Of a DNA stretch of 64,000 bases, positions 27,467 to 40,221 are shown piece by piece. A program made the position numbers and the translations under genes. The stretch is from Macrostomum hystrix. Taxonomy: Eukaryota; Animalia; Platyhelminthes. The notes beneath the pieces were generated by a model. It was not told where the DNA came from and searched no databases. It saw nothing but the letters and a program-made list of their open reading frames with translations. The stretch covers positions 2,232,001-2,296,000 of the forward strand of contig CATNEN010000001.1 in NCBI GenBank assembly GCA_950097015.1. The letters are read 5' to 3'. Numbering within the stretch: position 1 is the stretch's first letter; the number at the start of each line of letters is the position of its first letter.

Positions 27467-30400
27467 ATGCAACCGAATTCATCACGCGTAGAAGCCGTGC
27501 ACTACAATTTTCGGCCAATCAATGTTGCTCGCCTAGTTCAATTGCGTTCAACATTCGGTTTCGGATTGAATCGCTTGTCAGATGTGAGTTTGATGATTGA
27601 GTAGCTCACTGATGTAAATGTTGTCAGCGTTAGTTGGGGTAAATACTTGGGGTGGGTGTAGCGACCTCTACAGTCCATGGACTGAATTTTCATATCCAAG
27701 GCTTGTCAAAAGTGGGGGTTAGTGTCAGAGCGGTTAATGCGTTTGCCACTCGCACTAAGGTCCCTGAGCTCGATTCTCCGGCGAGACTTGAGAGTCGTGA
27801 GAAGGCTTGGAGGCTTGTGTTGCAATTTACGCCATTGCGGGCCAACCTCCAAGGCGCAGTGAGAGTGTACACTGCCTGAGGATGAGAAACTCAGGGCAGA
27901 TGTACACACCTGTGTGAGCGTGTGCCTGCGTACAGCATCTGTGAGCGTGTGTGCTCAGGAGTCAGCGGAATGGGCAGAATTGCCTCCTCGCTGGCTGCGG
28001 GTCTAGCGTAACCAAATGATGTGCCAATACCCGTATCCCTTCAGCAATTATCATTATTATTACTAGCCAAAAGTTGACTAGGAATCGAACTCCTGACCTA
28101 TGTTCCACTCTTGCCTAAGTCTAACCTTTAATCCCAACCATCTCATTATTGGTTTAAAGATACCGCGAGCATTTCTGCATCACAAGCAGAACCAGCTGCA
28201 GGAGATGGTCTACAACCCGGCTTATTGCGATCCGGATTTGCCGCAGCAGCAGCAGCAGCAGCAGCAGCGACGACAGGTGTCACAGAACAGTCGCCAGAGC
28301 CAGCACCAGCAGCAGTTGAGGCAACAGCAGCAGCAGCAGCTAACATTGCGCAGTCTAATGGCAGATCTGAGGGCTGCACATCAGATTAAACGTCTCGAGC
28401 GAGCCTGGCTAGTTGACATGCGCTACGGAGCTCTGGTTGGCTATCAGCTGACATCGCCAGCTGTGACTGGCGGACTGCACTTGCCTTTGTATTTGCAGCA
28501 CTTCGCTAAACGATGCATGCCAGACTCTGGGGCTAGTCTTAGCCCCACCATGCTTCTGCGTAGTTTCATTGCTCAGGGCGGCGTTCAGGTAAGATTAAAC
28601 TGATGTGGGGATCTGGGTAGATTGATTTATGAGATTAGGGATCCAGGTGATTGATGTGGGAAATTAGGGATCTGCCTGGATTGAATTGGGAGATTAGGGA
28701 TCCAGGTGATTGATGTGGGAAATTAGGGATCTGCCTGGATTGAATTGGGAGATTAGGGATCCAGGTGATTGAAGTGGGAAATTAGGGATCTGGGTGGATT
28801 GAATTGGGAGATTAGGGATCTGGGTGGAATGATGTGGGAGATTAGGGATCAGGGTGGATTGATGTGGGAGATTAGGGATCTGGGTGGATTGATGTGGGAG
28901 ATTAGGGATCTGGGTGGATTGATGTGGGAGATTAGGGATCTGGGTGGATTGATGTGGGATATTAGGGATCTGGGTGGAATGATGTGGGATATTAGGAATC
29001 TGGGTGGATTGATGTAGGAGATTAGGGATCTGGGTGAATTGATTTATGAGATTAGGGATTTGGGTGGATTGAATTGGGAGATTAGGGATCAAGGTGATTG
29101 GTTTGGGAGATTAGGGATCAAGGTGATTGGTTTGGGAGATTAGGGATCTGGGTTGATTGATGTGGGAGATTCGGGATCTGGGTGGAATAATGTGGGGGAT
29201 TCGGGATCTGGGTGGAATGATTTGGGGGATTATGGATCTGGGTGGATTGGTGTGGGAGATTCGGGATCTGGGTGGAATGATGTGAGGGATTTTGGATCTG
29301 GGTGGATTGGTGTGGGAGATTCGGGATCTGGGTGGAATGATGTGGGAGATTATGGATCTGGGTGGATTGGTGTGCCAGGAGATTATGGATCTGGGTGGAT
29401 TGGTGTGGGAGATTAGGGATCAAGGTGATTGGTGTGGGATATTAGGTATCTAGGTGGATTGATGTGGGAGAATCTGGATCTGGGTGGATTGATGTGGGAG
29501 ATTAGGGATCAGGGTGGATTGATGTGGGATATTAGGTATCTGGGGGGATTGATGTGGGAGAATAGGGATCTAGATAGGTGGCTTTAGGTAAGTTTTGATC
29601 TTGGTGGCTGGGTAAATTGGAAAAAGTAGAGTAAGCTGAAGCATAAGCTGTAATGCATGAAAAATATAAGAGATATTATACTATACTTATACTATACTTA
29701 TACTATAAGAGAATATGTTAAAACTTGCCTGAAATTGACTGTTTCACATAATCGATGATTTTATAGCAACGGATTGTTTTTTCACATTCGCTTTGTAGTT
29801 ACTGCGGCAGATTCTTATCTATGACAGCTTGGATTCCTCCGTTGTATTTCTGCGACGACCAGAGGCGGGTAGGTGACTATCTGAGATCCTGTAATCACTA
29901 TCTGAGATCCTGTAATCACTATCTAAGATATCCTGTAATCACTATCTAAGATATCCTGTAATCACTATCTAAGATATCCTGTAATCACTATCTAAGATAT
30001 CCTGTAATCACTATCTAAGATATCCTGTAATCACTATCTAAGATATCCTGTAATCACTATCTAAGATATCCTGTAATCACTATCTAAGATATCCTGTAAT
30101 CACTATCTAAGATATCCTGTAATCACTATCTAAGATATCCTGTAATCACTATCTAAGATATCCTGTAATCACTATCTAAGAAATCCTGTAATCACTATCT
30201 AAGATATCCTATAATCACTTTCTAATATCCTGTAATAACTTTTTAAGATCCTGTAATGACTATCTAAGATATCCTGTAATCACTATCTAATATCCTGTAA
30301 TAACTTTTTAAGATCCTGTAATGACTATCTAAGATATCCTGTAATCACTATCTAAGAAATCCTGTAATCACTATCTAAGATATCCTGTAATCACTTTCTA

Positions 30401-33159
30401 ATATCCTGTAATAACTTTTTAAGATCCTGTAATGACTATCTAAGATATCCTGTAATCACTATCTAATATCCTGTAATAACTTTTTAAGATCCTGTAATCA
30501 CGATCTAAGATGTCCTGCAATCACTATCTAATATCCTGTAATAACTTTTTAAGATCCTGTAATGACTATCTAAGATATCCTGTAATCACTATCTAATATC
30601 CTGTAATCACTATCTAATATCCTGTAATCACGATCTAAGATGTCCTGTAATCACAATCTTTAAGATCCTTTCACCAGTTACCTTTAAAATCAAGTACCAC
30701 TAAACCTTGACAGATGTAAGCCAGTTCCTCCGCTGCAAAGGTCAGCTAATGGACCTATTGTGTCGCCTAATCATCTACAAGTGTCAATTTGGCAATGCGG
30801 ACAGCATCGGACTGTCTGTGTTAGATTCTCTGACTAGCGGGCCAGCTGGTTATGAGCTAATTAACTACCTATTCATTTGCACCGGCGTCAATGTACTCTA
30901 CAGCGGAGCTATTCAATTATTGGAAGATATTTTCCAGCACGGAAACGGCGCCTTCTTGTTGAATCGGGTGCCCAGATTAGATAAGCTGGTGCAATGCTAT
31001 ACAGATGATCAACTGGTGCATTTCACCAGGATTCTAACACTGGCTCTATCGGATGCTGATCAGACTTCTGATAGGCCTGGTGGACTGTTGCAGGTACTTG
31101 GCACTTGGTATTTCTTTAATCGATTTTCATCTTCTAACCGTATCATCTCATTTTCTAACATAATATTACGAGTAGCTTCTCATTCTCTCATCTCAATCTC
31201 TATCTCTATCTCAATTATGTTCATATCTCATATAAATATAATATCAGTCTCTTCGCATATCGTATTAGACTCTCACTCACTATCTTCTATGTATTTCTCC
31301 ACATCCCATATTAATATCTCCCCGTCTTACATCAATCTTTCCCTAACTCATATCATTCTCCCCCCATATAATATCAATCTCTCCTTATCTAACATGAATC
31401 TCTCCTTATTCCGTATCAAAAAATCCCTGTCTAATATCAATCTCCCCTCGTCTTATATCAATCGCTCCTTGTCTCATACCAATATTTCTATTATCTTCCA
31501 ATATCAATCTCTCCGCATCTTATATCAATCTCCCCCATCTTACGTCAATTTCCCCCCATCTTATATCAATCTCCCCCCATCTTATATCAATCTCCCCCCA
31601 TCTTATATCAATCTCCCCCCATCTTATATCAATCTCTCCCCATCTTATATCAATTTCCCCCATCTTATATCAATTTCCCCCATCTTATATCAATTTCCCC
31701 CATCTTATATCAATCTCCCCCATCTTACGTCAATTTCCCCCCATCTTATATCAATCTCCCCTCATCTTATATCAATTTCTCCCCATCTTATATCAATTTC
31801 CCCCCATCTTTTATCAATATCCCCCCATCTTTTATCAATTTCCCCCATCTTATATCAATCTCCGCCCATCTTATATCAATTCCCCCCATATTTTATCAAT
31901 CACCCCCATCTTATATCAATCTCTCCCCATCTTATATCAATCTCTCGCCATCTTATATCAATCTCTCTCCATCTTATATCAATTTCCCCCCATCTTATAT
32001 CAATCTCTCCCCATCTACTATCCATTCCCCCCCATCTTATATCAATCTCTCCCCATCTTATATCAATCTCTCCCCATCTTATATCAATTTCCCCCCATCT
32101 TTTATCAATCTCTCCCCATCTACTATCCATTCCCCCCCATCTTATATCAATCTCTCCCCATCTTATATCAATCTCTCCCCATCTTATATCAATTTCCCCC
32201 CATCTTTTATCAATATCCCCCCATCTTTTATCAATTTCCCCCATCTTATATCAATCTCCGCCCATCTGATATCAATTCCCCCCATATTTTATCAATCACC
32301 CCCATCTTATATCAATCTCTCCCCGTCTTATATCAATCTCTCCCCATCTTATATCAATCTCTCCCCGTCTTATATCAATCTCTCCCCATCTTATATCAAT
32401 CACCCCCATCTTATATCAATCACGCCTCATTCCGTATCAATATATCCCTAACTAATATCGATCTATTTAAACTTATCCGTGTGCTCAACTGTCTTAAAAA
32501 TCAACAACTCAGGCACAACCGCAGCAGCAGCAGCAGCAGCCGGATCATCAAGCTCCAGCCAGCCGTAGCAAGCGAATCAGCGCGACTAGCGCGCCGATCT
32601 GCAGCCCGCGCGAGAGTAACCTAGATTACCTGCTAGCCTGTCAGCAGTTCCTACCTCGCATGGTGGCCCTGTTGAAGTCCATGGCTGTGCGGTGCATTCC
32701 GCGCTATCGCGGCCAGAATACGGAGAGTGAAAACTGGCTAACCTGGATCGATCGCGTCCTTGACAACGCCATCATTGCTGGCAGTCTGCCGCCCGGCTCA
32801 GCTCCGCCGCCGCCTGCGGTCGGCGACGTGATTGCGCTGCAGGGCGACGATGAAGTGTTCGGCAGTTACAACCGACCGCCTGCTCCTGCTGCACTGCTGC
32901 CAGTGTCCCTGTTTGACCGACCGATGTCGTTCGCTTTGTATCGCTGCAACCAGCTCAACAATCTGGTGTCGCTGTGCTACGTGTTCAGCCTGTTGCTAGG
33001 CGGTCGTCAGCGACGTCGAGTTCAGCGTCGCTTAGCCGAGCTGCGATTTGCTCCGGCTCTGCAGGAACTGTTCGACATGTTCCTGTGGCGGTGTCACGCA
33101 GCCAACAGTGCGCAAGAAGATGGCGCTAGGGATGCAGCTCTTGCAGCTTTGCTCATGCC

Positions 33160-33192
<33 letters not shown>

Positions 33193-36100
33193 ACAGCAGC
33201 CGCAGCCGCAGCCGCAACAGCAGGTATGATAATAATAATTATTATTATCATTTAGACGTTTTTAATCTCTCGCACCAAGGTCCTTGAGTTCGATTCCGCG
33301 ACGAGGCCCCATTTATTTGGGGCATAGCCGCGAAGAGAAGTCTTCCAAGCCACAGTAGAGTGTACACTGCCTGACAATGAGAAAGTCTAAGCAGATGTAC
33401 ACACCTGTGTGAGCGTGTGCCTGCGTACAATCTCTGTGGGTGAGTGTGTGCTCAGGAGTCAGCGAAATGGGCAGAATTGCCTCCTCGCTGGCTGCGGGTC
33501 TAGTGTCACCAATTGATGTGACATTTCCCGCAGCTCTCCTGAATTTATCGTGATTACCCCGATTCTGAAAGCTGCGTACAACCTGTTCAGTCCATGGACT
33601 GATTGGATTCCCATATTACAGGTAGAGTGAACTGGAGGGTTTACTGTGCTAAATAGCGAAATACATACGGGAACTGTGAGAATAGGAAAATTATTTCTGT
33701 CCTCGCGGACGCATACTATTTATGTTAATCACAACATGTTATGCTATGTTATGGCACAATGGTGCCAATTCGGTACAAAAAGCTATGCTCCAGCGCTTTC
33801 ATTTAGTTGCCATTTAGTTTTTAGGGGCATTTTTTTCGCATGACTAGGTAGGTGCATTTGAGCACAGGAGGTAGCTATGCAGAAACAGAAGCAGTAATTA
33901 TTTTATTGTCTGGGTGTGCCAAATGGCCCAGTTGTACTGCAGGCGAGAATGGCATAGTTGTTGTTAAACTGTGCTAATTATGCAAAATAGGACAATGTGG
34001 TAGATTTGGGCCTAAAAAAGATACTTATTTCCTATTTGAGTAGTTTAGAATCAATATGTAGATTTGCGTATCGAACATCCGACCTTCAAATCTTAAGTAA
34101 GACGCTTATAACCACTAGGCAACTACAAGGGCGGATAGCTCAGTCAGTACGGTGTCGGACTCTGGATCAGATGGTCCTGGGTTCGACTCCCGACCTAGTC
34201 TAGAACTATTCGTGCAGCCTTTGGCAAGCTGCTTTGCCCTGATGTGCACACAGTCTACTCAGCTGCAAATGAGTACCGACATTTCGTCGGGTAATAATAA
34301 TTCCGGCTGGCATAGAATAAAGCAGTTCTGTGGGGCAATTCAGTGGGGTTTGGATGCTGCCGATATGTTTGGAAAAATATATTCCATTGCTGACACGCGG
34401 CTGTCAACCGGTGTCCAAGAGAGCCGGGTGGTACAATAGGTGTGCAGTCCTCACCTGCTAGTGTGCCTGACACACAACACCTGCACTGGCCCTTGGGTCT
34501 AGTGTCAATTATTATTATTAGGCAGACGCACCTACTGCATGTTTTTCAGGCTTAAGCCATAACATTATTAAGAAACCATGAGATTTCTATAAACCATACC
34601 TTGCCTATTTGAGTATTAGAAGCAACATGTAGTTAGTCTACGCAAATGGAGCTTGTGAGATAACTGTGATAGAAGCTTGTTGCTTTTGAAAGCTTGTAGG
34701 TTTGAGATTGTGATTGACTGGTAATACATTTTAAAGTCTATGTGATAATTTTTTTATGTTGGTGTGACTTGACCAGAGACTGAGAGACTGAAGTGAGATT
34801 TTAAGAGACTGAAGTGAGATTGTGAGACACTGAAGTGAGATTGTGATAGACTGAATTGAGATTGTGAGACACTGAAGCGAGATTTTCAGAGACTAAAGTG
34901 AGATTGTGAGACACTGAAGCGAGATTTTGTGACACTGAAGTGAGATTGTGAGACACTGAAGAGAGATTGCGAGACACTGAAGTGAGATTTTGAGAGACTG
35001 AAGTGAGATTGTGAGACACTGAAGCGAGATATTTTGATAAAACAATGAACAAGCCAGCTCATTGCTTTTCACCTGACCACCCACTCGACCGCAGCTGTGT
35101 GAATGCGCGCCCGAGGTGGCAATCAAAATCCAGCTGCTGCGCCTTATTCACTCGTTCTGCGATCACGCCAATTGGGCTCATCGCCGCCTGTTGCTATGCC
35201 AATCTGAATTAGCCGAATTGCGCTGCATCAATGCCAGCTTACCTGCTGGCGATCGAATCGACGGACTGAGCAGCATCGATCGGTCGCTGATGTGCCGCAA
35301 ACAGCCGGGCTTGCTAATACGCATGGTTCAGGTGTTGCAATGCGAGCCGTCGACTAGTACCTTCAGATTCTGGCTAGCTAGAGCTGTGGAATCTTACCTG
35401 AGATGCCAGGGAGCCTATTGCGATCAGGTAAGATTCTGGTTGGCTTCTGTGTTTCTGTAGATTCGATTTCTGTTTGTGTAAATTGGAGTTTAGTTTCTGT
35501 AGATTGGAATTCAGTTTCTGTAGATAGGGTTTGAGTTTCTGTAGATTAGGTTTTAGTTTCTGTAGATTGGGTTTGAGTTTCTGTAGATTGGGTTTGAGTT
35601 TCTGTAGATTGGGTTTGAGTTTCTGTAGATTGGGTTTGAGTTTCAGTAGATTCGATTTCTGGTTCTTTAGATTACATTTCAGGTTCTGTAGATTACATTT
35701 CAGGTTCTGTAGATTGGATTTCAGTTTCTGTAGATTGGATTTCAGTTTCTGTAGATTACATTTCAGGTTCTGTAGATTACATTTCAGGTTCTGTAGATTA
35801 CATTTCAGGTTCTGTAGATTACATTTCTGGTTCTGTAGATTACATTTCTGGTTCTGTAGATTACATTTCTGGTTCTGTAGATTACATTTCAGTTTCTGTA
35901 GATTACATTTCTGGTTCTGTAGATTACATTTCAGTTTCTGTAGATTACATTTCAGGTTCTGTAGATTACATTTCAGGTTCTGTAGATTACATTTCAGGTT
36001 CTGTAGATTACATTTCTGGTTCTGTAGATTACATTTCTGGTTCTGTAGATTACATTTCTGGTTCTGTAGATTACATTTCAGTTTCTGTAGATTACATTTC

Positions 36101-39100
36101 TGGTTCTGTAGATTACATTTCAGTTTCTGTAGATTACATTTCAGGTTCTGTAGATTGGGTTTCAGTTTCTGTAGATTACATTTCAGGTTCTGTAGATTAC
36201 ATTTCAGGTTCTGTAGATTACATTTCTGGTTCTGTAGATTACATTTCTGGTTCTGTAGATTACATTTCTGGTTCTGTAGATTACATTTCTGGTTCTGTAG
36301 ATTACATTTCTGGTTCTGTAGATTACATTTCAGTTTCTGTAGATTACATTTCTGGTTCTGTAGATTACATTTCAGTTTCTGTAGATTACATTTCAGGTTC
36401 TGTAGATTACATTTCAGGTTCTGTAGATTACATTTCTGGTTCTGTAGATTACATTTCTGGTTCTGTAGATTACATTTCTGGTTCTGTAGATTACATTTCA
36501 GTTTCTGTAGATTACATTTCTGGTTCTGTAGATTACATTTCAGTTTCTGTAGATTACATTTCAGGTTCTGTAGATTGGGTTTCAGTTTCTGTAGATTACA
36601 TTTCAGGTTCTGTAGATTACATTTCAGGTTCTGTAGATTACATTTCTGGTTCTGTAGATTACATTTCTGGTTCTGTAGATTACATTTCTGGTTCTGTAGA
36701 TTACATTTCTGGTTCTGTAGATTACATTTCTGGTTCTGTAGATTACATTTCAGTTTCTGTAGATTACATTTCTGGTTCTGTAGATTACATTTCAGTTTCT
36801 GTAGATTACATTTCAGGTTCTGTAGATTAGATTTCAGTTTCTCTAGATTGGGTTTCAGTTTCTTCAGACCTGAGGTTCTTTAACCTAGATTTGAGATCCA
36901 TCAAAATGCCTTGAAGTTTCTGTGTATTGAATGTGGGCTTTCGTAGAAATGTGTAACTTGTTATTCACACAAAGTATGGGATTAACATACATGAAATGGT
37001 TTCTCCAATCGCAATGGGATTACAGGTGCTGCTAATCCGTCGAGGCCTACTAGGCCACATCGCCTCGACCCTAATTGTTGACTCTGCGCCGTCCCGCGAA
37101 GTGATTCAATCCGGCTTCGATCTGCTAGCCGAACTGATTAAATTCAACGAGCAGGCTGTGAGAGAGCTGGATCGTCAGCTCGGCCGCGAAGGCACTGATA
37201 AGCTTCATCGGCTTGCGTTAGCCAATTTGGTGGACTCCAATATGTTTCTACGCAGCGCTATGCTCAGCATTGATCATTTTATTAGGCAGACACCGATTAG
37301 CGCCAACTGGTGTCTCCGGCAGTCTCACCTGTTGGCCCGTTGGGCCAGCGATCAGGCCAAGGTAGGTAGAGATTAGATAAGTAGGTAGATATTAGACAAG
37401 TGGGTAAAAATTACACTTGTTGGTATTACACTGGTAGGTATATATTATACAGGTAGGTAGAGATTAGACAGGTAGGTAGGGATAAGACAGGTAGGTAGAG
37501 ATTAGACAGGTAGGTAGAGATTAGACAGGTAGGTAGGGATAAGACAGGTAGGTAGAGATTAGACACGTAGGTAGGGATAAGACAGGTAGGTAAGGATAAG
37601 ACAGGTAGGTAGAGATTAGACACGTAGGTAGAAATTAGACAGGTAGGTAGGGATAAGGCAGGTAGGTAGAGATTAGACACGTAGGTAGGGATAAGACAGG
37701 TAGGTAGAGATTAGTCAGGTAGGTAGAGATTAGACAAGTAGGTATAGATTCGACAAGTAGGTAGAGATTAGACAGGTAGGTAGGGATAAGACAGGTAGGT
37801 AGAGATTAGACAGGTAGGTAGGGATAAGACAGGTAGGTAGAGATTAGTCAGGTAGGTAGGGATAAGACAGGTAGGTAGAGATTAGACAGGTAAGGTAGGG
37901 ATTAGACAGGTAGGTAGAGATTAGACAGGTAGGTAGAAATTAGACAGGTAGGTAGGGATAAGACAGGTAGGTAGAGATTAGACAGGTAGGTAGGGATAAG
38001 ACAGGTAGGTAGAGATTAGACAGGTAAGGTAGGGATTAGACAGGTAGGTAGAGATAAGACAGGTAGGTAGGGATTAGACAGGTAGGTAGAGATTAGACAG
38101 GTAGGTAGGGATTAGACAGGTAAGGTAGGGATTAGACAGGTAGGTAGAAATTAGACAGGTAGGTAGGGATAAGACAGGTAGGTAGAGATTAGACAGGTAA
38201 GGTAGGGATTAGACAGGTAGGTAGAGATAAGACAGGTAGGTAGGGATTAGACAGGTAGGTAGAGATTAGACAGGTAGGTAGGGATTAGACAGGTAAGGTA
38301 GGGATTAGACAGGTAGGTAGAGATTAGACAGGTAAGGTAGGGATTAGACAGGTAGGTAGAAATTAGACAGGTAGGTAGGGATAAGACAGGTAGGTAGAGA
38401 TTAGACAGGTAGGTAGGGATTAGACAGGTAAGGTAGGGATTAGACAGGTAGGTAGAGATTAGACAGGTAAGGTAGGGATTAGACAGGTAGGTAGAAATTA
38501 GACAGGTAGGTAGGGATAAGACAGGTAGGTAGAGATTAGACAGGTAGGTAGGGATAAGACAGGTAGGTAGAGATTAGACAGGTAGGTAGGGATAAGACAG
38601 GTAGGTAGAGATTAGACAGGTAGGTAGAAATTAGACAGGTAGGTAGGGATAAGGCAGGTAGGTAGAGATTAGACAGGTAGGTAGAGATTAGACAGGTAGG
38701 TAGAGATTAGACAGGTAGGTAGATATTAGACAGGTAGGTAGAGATTAGACAGGTAGGTAGAAATTAGACAGGTAGGTAGGGATAAGACAGGTAGGTAGAG
38801 ATTAGACAGGTAGGTAGGGATAAGACAGGTAGGTAGAGATTAGACAGGTAAGGTAGGGATTAGACAGGTAGGTAGAGATAAGACAGGTAGGTAGGGATTA
38901 GACAGGTAGGTAGAGATTAGACAGGTAGGTAGGGATTAGACAGGTAAGGTAGGGATTAGACAGGTAGGTAGAGATTAGACAGGTAAGGTAGGGATTAGAC
39001 AGGTAGGTAAATATTAGAGAAATAGTTAGATATTAGAGATGTATTGGGTGATCCGAATGTAGATATTGTTGGGTATGTAAATTTCTAGGTTAAGTAGAAA

Positions 39101-39972
39101 TATAGGAACCAAAGGATAGATAAATTAGTTCATAAACTAGCTACTGAGTTACGTACAGTGATCCCATCCTACTATCGCCTGATCCACCCAGGTTGGAGTG
39201 TCTTATCGCATGCTACGCCTGCTGTGCCTAACCAATCTCACCCAGGAGAATGTTAGCTGTCTTAACACCGGCCTAGTTGGCCTAGTCTATGCTCATCGTG
39301 CTCACAAATTGGCCAAATATTTGGCCGCTCTCAAGGAAATGGACACTTTGGTAATTGCTTGCTTTCTGCGTCCTCGCCTCTCGCCTCTCATCTTGTTTAT
39401 CATAAAAAATTTACTTGTTCATTCTACAATTTGATGCTTTCTCTTCGATGCCACTTAAGCATCAAGCGGACTCACGACTTGAAGGTCGGGGGTTCGATTC
39501 CCGACTCCACTGGAACAATTTGTGTCCATTTAGCAAGACATTTAACTCTGCATTGCTTCAGTTCACCCAGCTGTTAAATGGGTGCCGGCATCAGCTGGGG
39601 TAATTTGTGGGTGATTGTAGCGTCCCCCCTGTCCATGGACTGAGCAGCCGGTGTAATCAATTATTTTATTAAATATTATTATCAAAGTTACAACCTACTT
39701 AACTTCTATATGAACAGTCCGAACGTCAATCGGTGTTTCCTAACCTGTCTCGTGCCGACTGTCTCAATCTCAAACCGTTTATGGCCAACCTGCTAGACTT
39801 ACTCAACTTCTGGCTAGAGAACTATCTCAATAGGAATCGCGACTCGAACGCCCTTGAAAAGAGTTCTCGGATTATGTTCAACGAATGGCGCTGCATTGTT
39901 GACACTCTTCTGCAGCGAGACGCCAAACTGAATACTTGCCTAGCCTTTTATCTGGCCAATAATAGCGATTGA
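27467..39972 (+). CDS. TRPC4AP: TRPC4-associated protein (TRUSS; DDB1-CUL4 substrate receptor), 9 coding exons
   Basis: Exons 27467-27583, 28160-28588, 29799-29868, 30714-31093, 32513-33223, 35095-35427, 37026-37361, 39192-39350 and 39718-39972; all GT-AG and phase-consistent. Motifs CECAPEVAIKIQLLRLIHSFCDH, STFRFWLARAVESYL, QSGFDLLAELIKFN, LVDSNMF and LTQENVSCLNT match TRPC4AP. Confidence 0.9.
27714..28062 (+). mobile_element. tRNA-derived SINE family A, full length, in TRPC4AP intron 1; preceded by a family B fragment at 27610-27686
   Basis: A-box-like TGTCAGAGCGG, B-box-like GAGCTCGATTC, the central hairpin GTGTACAC-TGCCTGAG..CTCAGGGCA-GATGTACAC and an (ATT)n tail. Confidence 0.8.
28600..29575. 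repeat. 30-bp G-rich minisatellite (GATGTGGGAGATTAGGGATCTGGGTGGATT) in TRPC4AP intron 2
   Basis: Read directly; starts about 12 nt after the donor at 28589. Confidence 0.95.
29875..30670. repeat. 23/21-bp minisatellite (ATCCTGTAATCACTATCTAAGAT) filling TRPC4AP intron 3
   Basis: Read directly; starts within about 6 nt of the donor at 29869. Confidence 0.95.
31300..32445. repeat. ~21-bp C-rich minisatellite (ATCTTATATCAATCTCCCCCC) in TRPC4AP intron 4
   Basis: Read directly; degenerate at the 5' side. Confidence 0.93.
33264..33603 (+). mobile_element. 5'-truncated SINE family A copy followed by an inverted family B 3' fragment
   Basis: Near-identity to 27750-28030. TTCAGTCCATGGACTGA lies at about 33586. 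Confidence 0.75.
34128..34520 (+). mobile_element. tRNA-derived SINE family C (Gln-CTG-like head), copy 1
   Basis: GGGGCGGATAGCTCAGTCAG (A box), GGACTCTGGATC (anticodon-like arm), GGTTCGACTCC (B box) and an ATT tail. Almost identical to 61491-61894. Confidence 0.85.
34775..35035. repeat. 21-bp minisatellite (GAGACACTGAAGTGAGATTGT)
   Basis: Read directly. Confidence 0.92.
35450..36870. repeat. 21-bp minisatellite (TTCTGTAGATTACATTTCAGG) with a 420-bp higher-order duplication, TRPC4AP intron 6
   Basis: Read directly. The lines starting at 36121 and 36541 are identical (420 = 20 units). Confidence 0.96.
37362..39030. repeat. 19-bp minisatellite (CAGGTAGGTAGAGATTAGA) derived from the 5' splice site, TRPC4AP intron 7
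   Basis: The true junction AAG|GTAGGTAGAGATTAGA is the first unit. Confidence 0.95.
39460..39682 (+). mobile_element. SINE family B copy in TRPC4AP intron 8
   Basis: High similarity to 27055-27230, with an ATT tail. Confidence 0.8.
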
Positions 39973-40221
39973 ATGCTCTAGTAAGACATGCTCTCGAGTC
40001 TAGTAAGACAACTTAACTGGTTTATTTACACCAATGTGTGGCATGGCTTTTTATAGTTAGTTGGCGTTTGTTTTATTATTATTGTTTAATTTTTCTAAAT
40101 AGTTGAATAAGAAGCCAGTTTTTTAAGACATGTTTGCTTTCAGACCCGTATTTATCACATCCTCTAGTCCTCTATTGTCCTGAATATTTTATCCGCTCGG
40201 AGAAATTCGCACCTTTTAGTT

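Noticed and set aside
27870-27905. Hammerhead ribozyme in SINE A (CTGANGA...GAAA)
   Set aside because: Only 3 nt separate CTGANGA and GAAA, so there is no stem II, and the CTGAN bases pair with the downstream arm as a plain hairpin.
34128-34200. Functional tRNA-Gln gene (also 61491)
   Set aside because: The acceptor stem does not pair and the sequence continues into a 390-bp repeated body with an ATT tail, so it is a SINE head.
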